From the NCBI GenBank assembly GCA_945957175.1, contig CAMFJL010000006.1, forward strand, positions 30,137-94,136: a DNA stretch of 64,000 nucleotides. The letters are read 5' to 3'. The position numbers and the translations under genes are program-made. The stretch is from an uncultured Legionellales bacterium. Its GTDB lineage: Bacteria; Pseudomonadota; Gammaproteobacteria; UBA1113. Shown piece by piece: positions 33,741 through 43,454 of this stretch. The notes below the pieces were generated by a model. That model saw only the letters and a list, made by a program, of their open reading frames with translations. It ran no database searches and was not told the origin of the DNA. Each line of letters opens with the position of its first letter. Within the stretch, counting starts at the first letter, position 1.

Positions 33741-34913
33741 ATGTCAGCAATGATAGATAATAGGCATCAAGCCCGTATCAAAGTGATTGGGGTTGGCGGC
33801 GGTGGCGGCAATGCAGTTGAACATATGATGTCCGAAGCTTTTGAAGGCGTCGAATTTCTCGTTGCAAACACCGATGCGCAAGTGCTGCGTCGCTCCTCAG
33901 CGCCTACAATGCAACTCGGTGAGCAAATTACCAAAGGTTTGGGTGCCGGTGCAAACCCTGATATTGGTAGACAAGCAGCAGAAGAAGATTTAGAAAAGCT
34001 GCGTGTATTTTTAGCCGATACCGACATGATTTTCATTACAGCAGGTATGGGCGGCGGTACAGGTACTGGTGCTGCACCTGTTATTGCTAAACTTGCGAAA
34101 GATATGGGGATTTTAACGGTTGCAGTTGTCACTAAACCTTTTGCGTTTGAAGGTAAAGCCAGACTGCATATTGCAGAGCAAGGCATGCAGTCGCTTGGTC
34201 AATATGTCGATTCGTTGATTACTATCCCGAATAACAAATTATTGAGCGTGCTTGGTAAAAATATGACCTTGCTCAACGCATTTAAAGCTGCAAACAATGT
34301 ATTGCATGGTGCGGTTCAAGGTATTGCCGAGTTAATTACGCGTCCTGGACTTATTAACGTTGACTTTGCTGACGTGCGTACCGTGATGGCGGAAATGGGT
34401 ATGGCAATGATGGGTACGGGTATTGCTTCAGGTGAAAACCGTGCGCGCGATGCAGCGGAAGCAGCTATTGCGAGTCCCTTGCTTGAAGATATTAATTTGG
34501 TGGGTGCAAAAGGGGTCTTGGTTAATATCACAGCTGGCCTCAATATGTCCATCGGTGAATTTGAGGAAGTGGGTGAGGCGGTTAAGTGCTTTACTTCAGA
34601 TAATGCAACGGTTGTTGTGGGTACTGTTATCGATCCCGACATGGGCGACGAAATGCGCGTTACCGTAGTTGCGACAGGCTTAGGGCGAGTAGAGCCTGAA
34701 GCACCTGTTGTAGCAGCAACACCTTTAAGGCCGGGACAGTTACGTCAAGCAGAAACAGGCGCGATTGATTATCAACGTTTTGAGCGTCCTGCGGTGTTAC
34801 GTAAACAAGCGCCTGCGAGTCGCGCGCAATCAAGTCATACAAGTTCACAACAGCAGGATTTAGATTACTTGGATATTCCCGCCTTTTTACGTAAACAAGA
34901 AGAGGTTTCTTAA
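33741..34913 (+). CDS. ftsZ: cell division GTPase FtsZ
   Basis: The GGGTGTG tubulin signature and the NTD/CTD pattern; 390 aa; C-terminal DIPAFLRKQ peptide. Confidence 0.9.
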   Translation: MSAMIDNRHQARIKVIGVGGGGGNAVEHMMSEAFEGVEFLVANTDAQVLRRSSAPTMQLGEQITKGLGAGANPDIGRQAAEEDLEKLRVFLADTDMIFITAGMGGGTGTGAAPVIAKLAKDMGILTVAVVTKPFAFEGKARLHIAEQGMQSLGQYVDSLITIPNNKLLSVLGKNMTLLNAFKAANNVLHGAVQGIAELITRPGLINVDFADVRTVMAEMGMAMMGTGIASGENRARDAAEAAIASPLLEDINLVGAKGVLVNITAGLNMSIGEFEEVGEAVKCFTSDNATVVVGTVIDPDMGDEMRVTVVATGLGRVEPEAPVVAATPLRPGQLRQAETGAIDYQRFERPAVLRKQAPASRAQSSHTSSQQQDLDYLDIPAFLRKQEEVS

Positions 34914-34914
34914 T

Positions 34915-36195
34915 ATGGCACGACGCGATTTGAGGTCTTTATGGATAGCTTTGGCCACTGCGGGCTTGCTAGCCAGTGCAACAGCATCTTATGCGGATAC
35001 CACATTAGATGCTATGAATTCATTGGCACCTGCACCTGCTGCGCAGCAGGTGACGGGCAATCGTGCGATTATCATTCCGTCGGCACCGGAGGTGACAGCT
35101 AAGTCCTTTATTTTGATGGATGCAGATAGTGGTGTTGTCATCGCCTCGAATAATCCTGATTTGCGTTTACCGCCTGCCAGTTTGACGAAACTTATGACTT
35201 TATATGTGGTTTTTGGCGCTTTAAAAAATGGCCAAGTTCATTTAACAGATCAGGTGCCTATTAGCGAGAAAGCGTGGCGTACCGGCGGTTCTAAGATGTT
35301 TGTGAAGGTTGGCGATACGGTGCCATTCAATGACTTACTACAAGGCGTTATTGTTGCTTCAGGTAATGATTCTGCAATTGCACTGGCAGAATATGTAGCC
35401 GGCAGTGAAGATGCTTTTGTGAGCCTCATGAATCAAGAAGCCAAGAGTTTAGGGCTTAAAAATAGTCATTTTTCTGATTGCAATGGTTTGCCGGCACCCG
35501 ATCATTATTCATCTGCACACGATTTTGCTATATTAGCAAACCATATTATTCATGATTATCCCCAATACTATCCAATGTTTTCAGAAAAAGACTTTGTTTA
35601 CAATAATATTAAACAGCCTAATCGTAACCGTTTGTTGTGGCGTTATCAGTATGCCGATGGTCTTAAAACCGGTCATACGGATGCAGCGGGCTATTGTTTA
35701 GTGGCATCAGCTAAACAAAACGGCATGCGTCTTATTAGCGTAGTGATGGGTGAACCAACAGAGCCGGCACGCGTCAATGATAGTATTGCCTTGTTTACTT
35801 ATGGTTATCGCTTTTATAAGACCTATCAACTTTATGGCGCTAATCAAGCGATGACGCAAGCACGCGTTTGGCAGGGCCAGGATGCAAATGTATCCATTGG
35901 TCTTACAAAACCCTTATTTGTGACGGTACCTATCGGTCAATATAATAAGCTTTCCGCAGCTGCAAACATACAGCAACCTATTTTTGCACCGATTGCCCAA
36001 GGTCAAGTGTTAGGCCAAGTGGATGTCACTCTTGATGGTAAACCTTTGTTAATACAACCGCTAGTTGCATTGAGTGCTGATCCCAAAGGTAATCTGTGGC
36101 GACGCCTAGCAGACAAAGTGAGTTTATCCTTACACAATATGTTAAAGAAAAAAGAAACCGCGAATACGAAGGTGACCAGCAGTAATAATGCCTAA
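34915..36195 (+). CDS. dacC: D-alanyl-D-alanine carboxypeptidase (PBP5/6 family)
   Basis: Signal peptide, then the SLTK (SxxK), SGN and KTG motifs and a PBP5 C-terminal domain. It starts 2 nt after the ftsZ stop. Confidence 0.75.
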   Translation: MARRDLRSLWIALATAGLLASATASYADTTLDAMNSLAPAPAAQQVTGNRAIIIPSAPEVTAKSFILMDADSGVVIASNNPDLRLPPASLTKLMTLYVVFGALKNGQVHLTDQVPISEKAWRTGGSKMFVKVGDTVPFNDLLQGVIVASGNDSAIALAEYVAGSEDAFVSLMNQEAKSLGLKNSHFSDCNGLPAPDHYSSAHDFAILANHIIHDYPQYYPMFSEKDFVYNNIKQPNRNRLLWRYQYADGLKTGHTDAAGYCLVASAKQNGMRLISVVMGEPTEPARVNDSIALFTYGYRFYKTYQLYGANQAMTQARVWQGQDANVSIGLTKPLFVTVPIGQYNKLSAAANIQQPIFAPIAQGQVLGQVDVTLDGKPLLIQPLVALSADPKGNLWRRLADKVSLSLHNMLKKKETANTKVTSSNNA

Positions 36196-37180
36196 TTTAT
36201 CACTCAAACCTAAACCGCATACAGACGTTTGTGCCCTTGCTAAGCATGTGGTACAGACAGAAGCGGAAGCTGTTCAAGCGCTGGCGGCACGCATTGATGC
36301 AAGTTTTGTGGATGCGTGTCAATGTCTTTTGAATGTGCAAGGCCGGATCATTGTGATGGGCGTTGGTAAATCAGGTCATATTGCGCGGAAAGTAGCGGCG
36401 ACCTTAGCTAGCACCGGCAGCCCTGCTTTTTATATTCACCCAGCAGAAGCAAGTCATGGCGATACCGGTATGATAACAACACAAGATGCAGTTGTTATCA
36501 TTTCTTATTCGGGTGAAACACCGGAATTACTCGTGCTGTTACCAGCATTGGCGCACCTTAAAGTACCTATAGTTGCCTTAACCGGTGCAACGGATTCAAC
36601 CATTGCAAGGTATGCGAATTATCACCTTGACGTATCCGTGACACGAGAGGCTTGTCCCTTAGGTTTAGCGCCAACTACAAGCACCACAACAGCGCTTGCT
36701 ATGGGCGATGCGCTCGCGCTAAGCTTGCTTGAATTACGCGGTTTTACCGCTGAAGGTTTTGCATTTGCCCACCCAGGCGGTAGTTTGGGTCGACAGTTAT
36801 TAAAAGTCGGTGATTTAATGAGTAAGGGGGATGCACTACCTAAAGTTGTGCTCAACACGCGTTTGAGCGATGCATTATGGGAAATGAGTCGCCAGGGTCT
36901 TGGTATGACGACAGTGCTTGACGATGTTGGCCATTTACTTGGTATTTTCACAGATGGTGATTTGCGTCGAACGCTGGATCAAGATGTTGATATAAAAAAT
37001 ACTGTCATTGAAACGGTGATGCACACACATCCTAAGACAACCACAGATACAACGTTAGCAACACAAGCGTTGCAAATAATGGAAGCTTTTAAAATTACCA
37101 GTCTTGTAGTGCTGAATGCTGAAAATTGCGTTGTTGGCATCATTCATATTCATCATTTGTTGCGTGCAGGTGTGAGATAA
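36188..37180 (+). CDS. kdsD: arabinose-5-phosphate isomerase (SIS + CBS pair)
   Basis: 330 aa with GVGKSGHIA SIS motifs and a C-terminal CBS pair; first gene of the kdsD-kdsC-lptCAB order. Confidence 0.8.
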   Translation: MPNLSLKPKPHTDVCALAKHVVQTEAEAVQALAARIDASFVDACQCLLNVQGRIIVMGVGKSGHIARKVAATLASTGSPAFYIHPAEASHGDTGMITTQDAVVIISYSGETPELLVLLPALAHLKVPIVALTGATDSTIARYANYHLDVSVTREACPLGLAPTTSTTTALAMGDALALSLLELRGFTAEGFAFAHPGGSLGRQLLKVGDLMSKGDALPKVVLNTRLSDALWEMSRQGLGMTTVLDDVGHLLGIFTDGDLRRTLDQDVDIKNTVIETVMHTHPKTTTDTTLATQALQIMEAFKITSLVVLNAENCVVGIIHIHHLLRAGVR

Positions 37181-37713
37181 TGGTGGATTTAAACACCCGC
37201 ACCGAAGCCATTCGCTTGGTCGCATTTGATGTGGATGGGGTTTTTTCAGATGGTCGTATTTACTATAACAGCCAAGGTGTTGAAACCAAGGCATTTCACG
37301 TTCACGATGGGCTTGGCGTGCAGCTACTTAAAAAAGCAGGCATTATTACTGCAATTATCACGGGTCGACAATCCGCCATTGTGACTAAGCGCATGGATGA
37401 GCTCGGCATTGATTATGTATATCAAGCCTGTCAAGATAAATGGTTTACCTTACAACAGCTACAAAAATCACTGAATATAGCAGCGCACCAAGTTGCTTAC
37501 ATGGGTGATGATTTACCTGATTTAGCTTGTATGCAATCTGTTGGTTTGGCATTAGCGCCAGCTAATGCGCATAGTCGTATCCGCACTGCGGCACATTATG
37601 TAACACGTGCTTCTGCAGGCGATGGCGCTGTGCGCGAAGCCTGCGATTTTATTTTAACGGTCCAGCAAAAATTAGCTTCGCTTACAGCATTTTTCGAGGT
37701 AAGCGATGCATAA
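37180..37713 (+). CDS. kdsC: 3-deoxy-D-manno-octulosonate 8-phosphate phosphatase
   Basis: HAD fold with the AFDVDGVFSDG motif I. The TAATG overlap with kdsD fixes the start at 37180. Confidence 0.75.
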   Translation: MVDLNTRTEAIRLVAFDVDGVFSDGRIYYNSQGVETKAFHVHDGLGVQLLKKAGIITAIITGRQSAIVTKRMDELGIDYVYQACQDKWFTLQQLQKSLNIAAHQVAYMGDDLPDLACMQSVGLALAPANAHSRIRTAAHYVTRASAGDGAVREACDFILTVQQKLASLTAFFEVSDA

Positions 37714-38326
37714 TTACCAAAGTCGCGCCTGGCTTAAGTGGTTATCACTTCGCCACGTGGCAACTTTGCTTGTTTTATTTATTGCTTTTGCCTATTCAGC
37801 TTGGTTAATTAAGGTAACATCACCCAAAACACAAGAAGAACGCTATAGTGATAAAATTCCCGATTATTATCTCACAGATGTTGTGGCGTTAGAATTCAAT
37901 GAACAAGGGCAATTATTACATCAATTGCTTTCACCTAAAGTGATACATATACCATCAGACGATACGGTCTTATTAAAAGCACCGCATATTACCGTCTATT
38001 CCACGGATGTGCCGCCTCAAGCACCATGGCAAATTACGGCGCTCCATGGCAAAACCATTGAAAACAATAAGTATGCTTGGCTCTGGAATCAGGTCGTATT
38101 ACACCAACCAAGTAGCGCACAAAATAAGGAAATGACCATTTTAACGAGTCGCATGCGTGTGGTGCCTTCAGAGAATATTGCTGACACGCATGCACCTGTG
38201 ACGGTGATTCAACCGGGATTAGAAGTCCATTCCATTGGTATGCGGGCATTCCTTAAAGAAAAACGTGTTGACCTACTGAGTCGAGCACAAGGGGTTTATG
38301 ATGTTAATGCTGCGGGCGATAATTAG
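37706..38326 (+). CDS. lptC: LPS export protein LptC
   Basis: Single N-terminal TM helix, about 200 aa, and its position before lptA. Confidence 0.65.
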   Translation: MHNYQSRAWLKWLSLRHVATLLVLFIAFAYSAWLIKVTSPKTQEERYSDKIPDYYLTDVVALEFNEQGQLLHQLLSPKVIHIPSDDTVLLKAPHITVYSTDVPPQAPWQITALHGKTIENNKYAWLWNQVVLHQPSSAQNKEMTILTSRMRVVPSENIADTHAPVTVIQPGLEVHSIGMRAFLKEKRVDLLSRAQGVYDVNAAGDN

Positions 38327-38840
38327 TTTTTGTGCGCTGCTCATGGTAGCGTTCAACTGGCAATTGTCATGGGCCTTGCCCTCTGACGCGCAAGCCACCA
38401 TGTATATTAGCGCAAAGTCGGCTCAAGTTGATAAGCTAACGGGTGACAGTGTATACATCGGCGATGTCAAAGTTGATAGGGGCACGACACATGTCACGGC
38501 GGATAAGCTTACGGTTCACAGTGTTAATGGTAAGGCAGTATTATTAACGGCTTATGGTCATCCTGGGTTGTTAGCGCATTATCAAACTCAAACAGATGTG
38601 AATAAGCCAGTCTTAGATGCCTATGCACTGGTGATGAAGTATTATCCACCTCAGCATGTTGTTGAGCTTATCGGGAGTGCGCATGTGACCCAGGGACATA
38701 ATCAAGTTGATGGTCCACATTTGCAATATGATTTAAATAATAAAGTGCTAGTCACGGTTCAAGATGATACAAATGCGCCGGCAAAAACATTGTTTGTTAT
38801 CGATCCTAATGAATTAAATAGTAGTGGAAATTCACAATGA
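38298..38840 (+). CDS. lptA: LPS export periplasmic protein LptA
   Basis: Signal peptide plus an OstA-N beta-jellyroll repeat pattern; 180 aa. Confidence 0.7.
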   Translation: MMLMLRAIISFCALLMVAFNWQLSWALPSDAQATMYISAKSAQVDKLTGDSVYIGDVKVDRGTTHVTADKLTVHSVNGKAVLLTAYGHPGLLAHYQTQTDVNKPVLDAYALVMKYYPPQHVVELIGSAHVTQGHNQVDGPHLQYDLNNKVLVTVQDDTNAPAKTLFVIDPNELNSSGNSQ

Positions 38841-39562
38841 CGACATTACGTGCAGAACATTTGTCTAAATCCTATAAGAAACGCCGGGTTGTGAAAGATG
38901 TTTCGATTCACATTACTCAGGGTGAAATTGTAGGACTATTAGGACCCAATGGTGCAGGCAAAACCACCAGCTTCTATATGATCGTAGGTTTAGTGCGAAG
39001 TGACGATGGGCGCATTTACCTTGATGATAATGAGATTACGTCGTTGAGTATTCATGAACGTGCCAAATTGGGTTTAGGTTATCTACCGCAGGAGGCTTCC
39101 GTCTTTCGCAAATTGAGTGTGGCTGACAATGTTATGGCTATTTTGCAGTTACGTAAAGAGTTAACACAAACCGAGCGCTCGCAAATCTTAGATAATTTGC
39201 TACATGAGTTTCATATTCAACACTTACATGATGCCATGGGTATGAGCTTATCAGGTGGGGAGCGAAGACGGGTGGAAATTGCAAGAGCCCTTGCCGCTGA
39301 TCCTCAGTTTATCCTACTGGATGAGCCTTTTGCGGGCGTGGATCCCATTTCAGTGATTGATATTAAACGGATTATTTCGCATTTACGCGACAGAGGTATC
39401 GGTATTTTAATTACCGACCATAATGTACGTGAAACGCTAGATATTTGTGAGCGTGCTTATATTGTTAACGAAGGTCAAATTATTTGTTCGGGTAATGCCG
39501 AAACTATTCTTTCCAATCAGCAGGTACGCGACGTCTATTTAGGCGAAGATTTTGATCTTTAA
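38837..39562 (+). CDS. lptB: LPS export ABC transporter ATPase LptB
   Basis: Walker [10 protein letters not shown], signature LSGGE, 241 aa; an ATGA overlap couples it to lptA. Confidence 0.85.
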   Translation: MTTLRAEHLSKSYKKRRVVKDVSIHITQGEIVGLLGPNGAGKTTSFYMIVGLVRSDDGRIYLDDNEITSLSIHERAKLGLGYLPQEASVFRKLSVADNVMAILQLRKELTQTERSQILDNLLHEFHIQHLHDAMGMSLSGGERRRVEIARALAADPQFILLDEPFAGVDPISVIDIKRIISHLRDRGIGILITDHNVRETLDICERAYIVNEGQIICSGNAETILSNQQVRDVYLGEDFDL

Positions 39563-39580
39563 TTATGAAGGGAGAGCCTT

Positions 39581-40624
39581 ATGGCGCAATTAGTTAACCC
39601 GCAAGCCTTATCATTTCACGATGTCTTATTGGTACCCCAGTATAGTGAGGTGGAAAGCCGATTAGACACGGACCTTACAACCAAGCTAACTAAACAACTG
39701 AGCATTGCGCATCCTGTTTGTGCAACTAATATGAGTACGGTGACCAGTGGCGGCATGTTAAGTGCAATGGCCAATACCGGTAGTGTGGGCTTATTGCATC
39801 GCTTTATGTCACATCACAAGATCATTCACAAATGTCAGACGTTTCGCCAGCAGCAGCCGAATGCTATCTTGATCCCGTCCATTGGCGTTAAAGCAGAGGA
39901 TTATGCGCTCGTAGATGCGCTAGTCGATAAGGTCAATCCTAATGCCTTGCTTGTCGATATTGCCCATGGCGATGCAGCACATGCTTACAAAATGTTGACA
40001 TATATTAAGCAACATTACGCTGATGTCGAAGTTATTTTTGGTAATTTAGCGACCGGTGCGGCGGCTAAGCGAGCTGTGGAAGCAGGTGCCGATGCTGTGC
40101 GTATGGGTATTGGTGGTGGCTCTTGTTGCACAACACGTACACAAACAGGCCACGGTGTTGCAACCTTGCAATCGATTGCGGATGCTTATGAGGTGTGTGC
40201 ACCTTATGATGTGCCAGTCTTAGGCGATGGCGGTTTCACGACGCCAGGGGATATTGTGAAAGCGCTGGCTTTTGGTGCAAGTGCAGTGACACTCGGGCGC
40301 ATGCTTGCCGGCACGTCAGCGGCACCTGGTGAGGTATTCGATGTCAAAGGCGAGAAATATAAAATTATGTATGGTATGTCATCTAATATGGCGCAAGAGA
40401 TTCATAAAGGTGGTATGAAACAAGGCATCGCCGCTGAGGGGCGTGCGATTCAAATTGCGTATCAAGGACATACAGAAGATGTTGTTGCTGATATTGTTGC
40501 AGCCATTCGTTCAGGACTTACCTATTCAGGTGCACGTAATCTTGTCGAGCTACGAGATAAGGCAGAATACGTCATTATTAGCACCGGCGGTATGCGCGAG
40601 AGTAAATTAATGGAAGGGGCCTAG
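39581..40624 (+). CDS. guaC: GMP reductase
   Basis: 347 aa, the same length as E. coli GuaC, with no CBS insert. The motifs …TNMSTV…, GIGGGSCCTTR, GDGGFTTPGDIVKA and MYGMSS are collinear with GuaC. Confidence 0.7.
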   Translation: MAQLVNPQALSFHDVLLVPQYSEVESRLDTDLTTKLTKQLSIAHPVCATNMSTVTSGGMLSAMANTGSVGLLHRFMSHHKIIHKCQTFRQQQPNAILIPSIGVKAEDYALVDALVDKVNPNALLVDIAHGDAAHAYKMLTYIKQHYADVEVIFGNLATGAAAKRAVEAGADAVRMGIGGGSCCTTRTQTGHGVATLQSIADAYEVCAPYDVPVLGDGGFTTPGDIVKALAFGASAVTLGRMLAGTSAAPGEVFDVKGEKYKIMYGMSSNMAQEIHKGGMKQGIAAEGRAIQIAYQGHTEDVVADIVAAIRSGLTYSGARNLVELRDKAEYVIISTGGMRESKLMEGA

Positions 40625-41994
40625 TGTTGACAACGAAAACGATACATACCTTAAGTGATATGACGCCCATGATGGCGCCACAGCATGCGCTTATCAACGA
40701 TGTTTTAATGCAAGCAAAAAAACTGGGTAGCAGCGAAGCTTCTGCGGAGATCCAATTTTCTGAAGGTTTTGATGTGGATGTGCGTTTAGGCGATGTTGAT
40801 AAAGTGAGTTTTAGGCGCGATCAAGGTTTAAGTGTGACGCTTTATCATGGCAAGCAATGTGGTACAGCAACAAGCACAGATTTAACGCCAGCCTCGATTC
40901 GCGCAACGGTTGAAAAAGCCTGGACCATGGCACAGTTTTGTGAGGCTGATGCGGCTAATGGTTTGCCAGATAAAGCTAAACAAGCCTTTGCTTACTCAGA
41001 TTTGCATTTGCACACGCCATGGCAAATCACGCCAGAACAAGCGATTTCACAAGCAACTGAAGCAGAAGCGCAAGGTCTTGCGTATGATTCACGCATTGTC
41101 AATTCAGAAGGTGCCAGTGTAAGCACGACTCAGCAATTGTTTACCTACGGCGATAGCCAAGGATTTATTGGTAGCTATCCTTCAAGTATACATAGCTTAT
41201 CTGTTTGTTTAATCGCAGGTGCTGACGGGCAGATGGAGCGTGACTACGATTATGCGCTTGCAAGAGATCCAAAAAAATTAGGAGATTTTGCCTTATTAGC
41301 CAAGCTTGCTGCGGATAAAGCAGTAAAACGATTATCACCTAAACCTATTAAAACAGGCCATTATCCAGTGATTTTATTGCCGGAAGTGGCGCGTGGTTTC
41401 TTATCACACCTTATCAGTGCTTTATATGGTAGTAGCTTATATAAGCGCATGTCATTTTTAGTTGATAGTCTAGGTCAAGCGGTGCTGCCAACAGAAATTA
41501 GCCTATTAGAACAGCCACATTTGTTAGGTGCTGTCGGCAGTGCACCGTTTGATGCTGAAGGTGTTGCGACGCAAGAGCAAATGCTGATTGAGGAAGGTCG
41601 TGTCGCACGTTATGTATTAGGCAGTTATTCTGCACGTAAATTAGGTTTAGAAACGACAGGTAATGCAGGCGGCATTCATAATGTCACGGTACAAAGTAGT
41701 AAACCACAACCAGATTTACCGACATTGATAGCAGATATGGATGATGGTTTAGTGATTACCGACGTAATGGGACAGGGTGTGAATTTAATTACAGGTGATT
41801 ACTCGCGTGGCGCCAGTGGTTTTTTAGTGAAAGCAGGTAAAATTGTACATCCTGTTTCGGAGATTACGCTAGCAGGGCATTTACGCGAGTTGTATCGCGA
41901 CATCATCGCGATTGCTAATGATGTCGACTTACGCGGCAATATCCGCACCGGTTCGATTTTATTAAAACAAATGATGGTTGCTAGTGCACCATAG
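40624..41994 (+). CDS. pmbA: metalloprotease PmbA (TldE)
   Basis: 456 aa, collinear with E. coli PmbA (…TLYHGKQCGTATSTDLTP…, GVNLITGDYSRGASGFLVKAGKI). Confidence 0.75.
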   Translation: MLTTKTIHTLSDMTPMMAPQHALINDVLMQAKKLGSSEASAEIQFSEGFDVDVRLGDVDKVSFRRDQGLSVTLYHGKQCGTATSTDLTPASIRATVEKAWTMAQFCEADAANGLPDKAKQAFAYSDLHLHTPWQITPEQAISQATEAEAQGLAYDSRIVNSEGASVSTTQQLFTYGDSQGFIGSYPSSIHSLSVCLIAGADGQMERDYDYALARDPKKLGDFALLAKLAADKAVKRLSPKPIKTGHYPVILLPEVARGFLSHLISALYGSSLYKRMSFLVDSLGQAVLPTEISLLEQPHLLGAVGSAPFDAEGVATQEQMLIEEGRVARYVLGSYSARKLGLETTGNAGGIHNVTVQSSKPQPDLPTLIADMDDGLVITDVMGQGVNLITGDYSRGASGFLVKAGKIVHPVSEITLAGHLRELYRDIIAIANDVDLRGNIRTGSILLKQMMVASAP

Positions 41995-41998
41995 CCAT

Positions 41999-43444
41999 TT
42001 ACATAATGGCTTTGGATTTAATCACCAACATTTTCTCTATTTGCATATCGTGCATCGTGTAAGGAATGCCGCCTACACCTAAACCTGAATGTTTAAGTCC
42101 AGCAAAGGGCATACCGTCTACACGAAATGCAGTGTGATCGTTGACCATAACGGCGGATGCTTGCATATACTCATACACATGTAGGGCGGTATCAATATTT
42201 TGCGTAAAGACAGCTGCTTGAAATGCAACGGGTAAGTCGTTGGCAAGACGGATAGCCTCATCGATATCTTCATAAGCATAAACACATACCACTGGGCCAA
42301 AGACTTCTTCTTGGCTTACTTTTGCCGTTTGTGGCGGATTGAGCAATACTGTGGGTTCATAGCAAAACGCACTGATGCGTTTACCACCACACATAAGTTT
42401 TGCACCGGCTTGAATGGCTTCTTGTACCCAACTGTCAACACGATCCACTTCTTGTGGGCGAATCAAGGGTCCAACTTCGGTGTTGGCAAGGGTAGGATCG
42501 CCTACAACTAACGCGCTTGCTTGTTTGACTAATTCAGATGTCAGTGCGTCAACGATGTTGCAGTCAGCAAAAATGCGTTGTACGGATACGCATACTTGTC
42601 CAGCATGATAAAAACCACCCTTCACTAAGGCTGGAATCGCGATGGCGAGATCCGCATCTTTGGCAACAATGACAGGAGCAACGCCTCCGTGTTCAAGTGA
42701 GCAACGCGTGCCTTGTGCAAGTTGTGAACGTAAATACCAGCCCACGCGTGCGCTACCGATAAAGCTTAAAAAGGCGACTCTGGAGTCAGCAACGAGTTTG
42801 GTCGCTAAGGCGTTATCACTAATAATAAGGGCTTGACACCAAGCTACGGGAAGGCCGGCTTCATGAAAGAGTGTAACTAAACGTAAACAAGAGAGTGGGG
42901 TATCGCTTGCGGGTTTAACGATAACTGGACAACCCACAGCGACAGCGGCAGCAACTTGATGAACAATTAAGTTTAGCGGGTGATTAAAGGCACTCACGGC
43001 AACGACGACACCGATAGGTTCTTTTTGTGTGAAAGCGATGCGATTAGCGGCTGAGCTTGTACTTCGCATGGGTATGACATGCCCTTGCTCGGTACGAAGT
43101 GTGTCGATACAAAGCCTGATGCCATCTATGGCACGATGGGCTTCTACGCGTGAGTCTATCAGTGGTTTGCCGCCTTCACGGGCTGCTTCTAATGCTAATT
43201 CCTCAACGCGTTCGGTCATGAGCGTAGCAACGCGCTCGAGTATTTGAATGCGTTCTGTAAGCGGCAACCAGCTATGCCTTTGGGTAAATAGCTGATGCGC
43301 TTGCGATAGTGCTTGTTCAATCATGGCCGCATTTGCGCGCTCAACGGTTGCAATGAGGTGTCTATCAAAAGGAGCAATCACGTCCATGGATTCCTCGGTG
43401 TGTTGCTTGTCTGCGACTAAACAAGAAAAATGAGGTACTGTCAT
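41999..43444 (-). CDS. NAD(P)-dependent aldehyde dehydrogenase family protein
   Basis: ALDH fold with a catalytic Cys region …HAGQVCVS… and a Glu region …LEHGG…. The start is ambiguous: TTG at 43462, ATG at 43444 or ATG at 43387. It lies just downstream of, and on the same strand as, the ThDP enzyme. Confidence 0.65.
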   Translation of the reverse strand: MTVPHFSCLVADKQHTEESMDVIAPFDRHLIATVERANAAMIEQALSQAHQLFTQRHSWLPLTERIQILERVATLMTERVEELALEAAREGGKPLIDSRVEAHRAIDGIRLCIDTLRTEQGHVIPMRSTSSAANRIAFTQKEPIGVVVAVSAFNHPLNLIVHQVAAAVAVGCPVIVKPASDTPLSCLRLVTLFHEAGLPVAWCQALIISDNALATKLVADSRVAFLSFIGSARVGWYLRSQLAQGTRCSLEHGGVAPVIVAKDADLAIAIPALVKGGFYHAGQVCVSVQRIFADCNIVDALTSELVKQASALVVGDPTLANTEVGPLIRPQEVDRVDSWVQEAIQAGAKLMCGGKRISAFCYEPTVLLNPPQTAKVSQEEVFGPVVCVYAYEDIDEAIRLANDLPVAFQAAVFTQNIDTALHVYEYMQASAVMVNDHTAFRVDGMPFAGLKHSGLGVGGIPYTMHDMQIEKMLVIKSKAIM

Positions 43445-43454
43445 CACAAATCTC

